64,000 nucleotides of DNA from Octopus sinensis. Taxonomy: Eukaryota. How positions within the stretch are numbered: position 1 is the first letter of the stretch; the number at the start of each line of letters is the position of its first letter. Below the pieces are notes generated by a model. It was given only the letters and a program-made list of their open reading frames with translations, was not told the origin of the DNA and did no database searches. Of this stretch, positions 62,391-64,000 are shown in pieces. The position numbers and the translations under genes were made by a program. The stretch spans positions 75,702,001 to 75,766,000 of the forward strand of contig NC_042999.1 of NCBI RefSeq assembly GCF_006345805.1, written 5' to 3'.

Positions 62391-63027
62391 TGTACGTTCA
62401 AAGTTCGTGTGAGAGACAGCCGGTAAAAGTAATTTGTGTAAAAAAGAACGTGGCTTTGTCCTTCATGTCTAAAAAAAAAAACATGTTTTATAAAAAAAAA
62501 AACGTTTTAAATTAAATTAATCGTAAAATGAAATCACCCGAGGAATAAAATTGTGGAGAGATGAAACACATATGAAAAAGGAAATTGCACTTTTTTTTCT
62601 ATATCTTTGATGTTTTTCGTAGTTCTGCGATGAAAGTGTCAATTAAACCAATCAAAATAACGGTAAATTACAAGAGAAGGAAGTCTAAACTTCACAAATT
62701 ACTTAAAAGTATTGAAATACGTATAGGGATAAATAAATTACTGAACGAGGGCAACAGGATACGGACTGTTGCCAGTAAACAAAATGATGTATTACGTAAA
62801 AGGTCATACTTCATCCATGTCGTTAGGTCATATTAAGTGTCAGCTTGATTCTATAAGATGACACATTCTATCCGATGAGATGCCAATACAGAAATATACA
62901 TTACTGCATTACTTATGTTTACACTAGTCCCTATAAAAAAAAGCCGATATGAGTGTTGGTTGATGGGTTGGTTGATTGTATAGTTGGTTACTTTCTCCAT
63001 CCACACTTTAAATCCTATAGAAACAGG

Positions 63028-63440
63028 AAGGCGGCGAGCTGGCAGAAACGTTAGCACGCCGGGCGAAATGCTTAGCAGTATTTCGTCTGCCGCTACGTTC
63101 TGAGTTCAAATTCCGTCGAGGTCGATTTTGCCTGTCATCCTTTCGGGGTCGATTAAATAAGTACCAGTTACGCACTGGAATCGATATAATCGACTTAATC
63201 CGTTTGCCTCTCCTTGTTTGTCCTCTGTTTTTAGCTCCTTCTGGGTGGTAAAGAAATAGGTATTTCGTCTGCCGCTACGTTCTGAGTTCAAATTCCGCCA
63301 AGGTCGACTTTGCCTTTCATCCTTTCGGGGTCGATAAATTAAGTCCAGTTACGCACTGGGGTCGATGTAATTGACATAATCTGTTTTTATGTCCTTGTTT
63401 GTCCCCTCTATGTTCAGCCCCTTGTGGGCAATAAAGAAAT
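63028..63440 (+). mobile_element. Dimeric SINE family B with LINE-like tail
   Basis: Head, then two ~180-bp bodies each ending TTGTTTGTCC...TAAAGAAATA. Confidence 0.9.
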
Positions 63441-64000
63441 AAGAAACAGGAGGAAGGGTTACGAAGAGTAAAACAGAGATACAGAAGCAGTTATTATAAG
63501 AGATGCGGGATGAGCGCACTTACTGGGCTTGGTGGTAGGCAGTGAGTAAAAAATTCCTTCCAGATATACGCACGCGCACCATGAGAGAGAAGGAACCATG
63601 AGAAAGGAAGATGAGGAGAGGGCGTCAATGACAGAATAGTTAGGGAAGAAAGAAACAAATGACGAATTTGCTTTATTTGATTTAATTTTAAGGTAATAAA
63701 TATTTTTCTTTTGAAAATCAGTATTCATTTCATCACGGTATAAACCATAAGAAACTTAATCAAAGTTAAATTATAATCATAGCATGATGGCAAAAGTATA
63801 CTTCCAATGTTACTATCATATGATGGCTAACTCTCTTGTACATAATGTTAGGTATACTGACGCAACAATTCTTTCTACACTAGGAACAAGGCGTGAAATT
63901 TTGTGGAAGACGGCTAGTCGATTACGCCGACCTCTGTGTTCGATTGATGCTTATTTTATTGAACCCCGAAAAGACGAAAAGTTAAGTCAACTCTGGAGGT

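Noticed and set aside
62851-62935. ISNAVMYISV as an upstream CYP exon
   Set aside because: The frame hits a stop with no donor, and FGxR with the required phase-2 end is absent.

Overview
AT-rich, microsatellite-dense animal genomic DNA. The SINE families and repeat landscape look like an octopus (inference, not verified by search). The only host gene I can support is the 3' half of a CYP2-clan cytochrome P450 on the minus strand: three exons at 58362-58657, 50440-50880 and 19286-19536, with GT-AG introns of 7,481 and 30,903 bp and consistent phases. The upstream exons lie beyond the window. Nearly everything else is transposon-derived: four mariner copies (three full length), a Tc1 fragment, five L1/Tx1-clade LINE pieces (one with a near-intact ORF2), CR1 and Hero (RLE) fragments, a deleted Helitron, Penelope-like GIY-YIG remnants, a hAT-like MITE and more than 25 tRNA-derived SINE copies. 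Structure not explained by the ORF track: (i) seven recognisable minimal type I hammerhead ribozyme motifs of several sequence families plus one heavily decayed copy, with those near GIY-YIG remnants tied to Penelope-like elements; (ii) a SINE subfamily whose 3' tail matches the 3' end of the young Tx1 LINE; (iii) a ~790-bp foldback in a CYP intron; (iv) a structured ~330-bp segment between 32-bp direct repeats. All alignments were done by eye.
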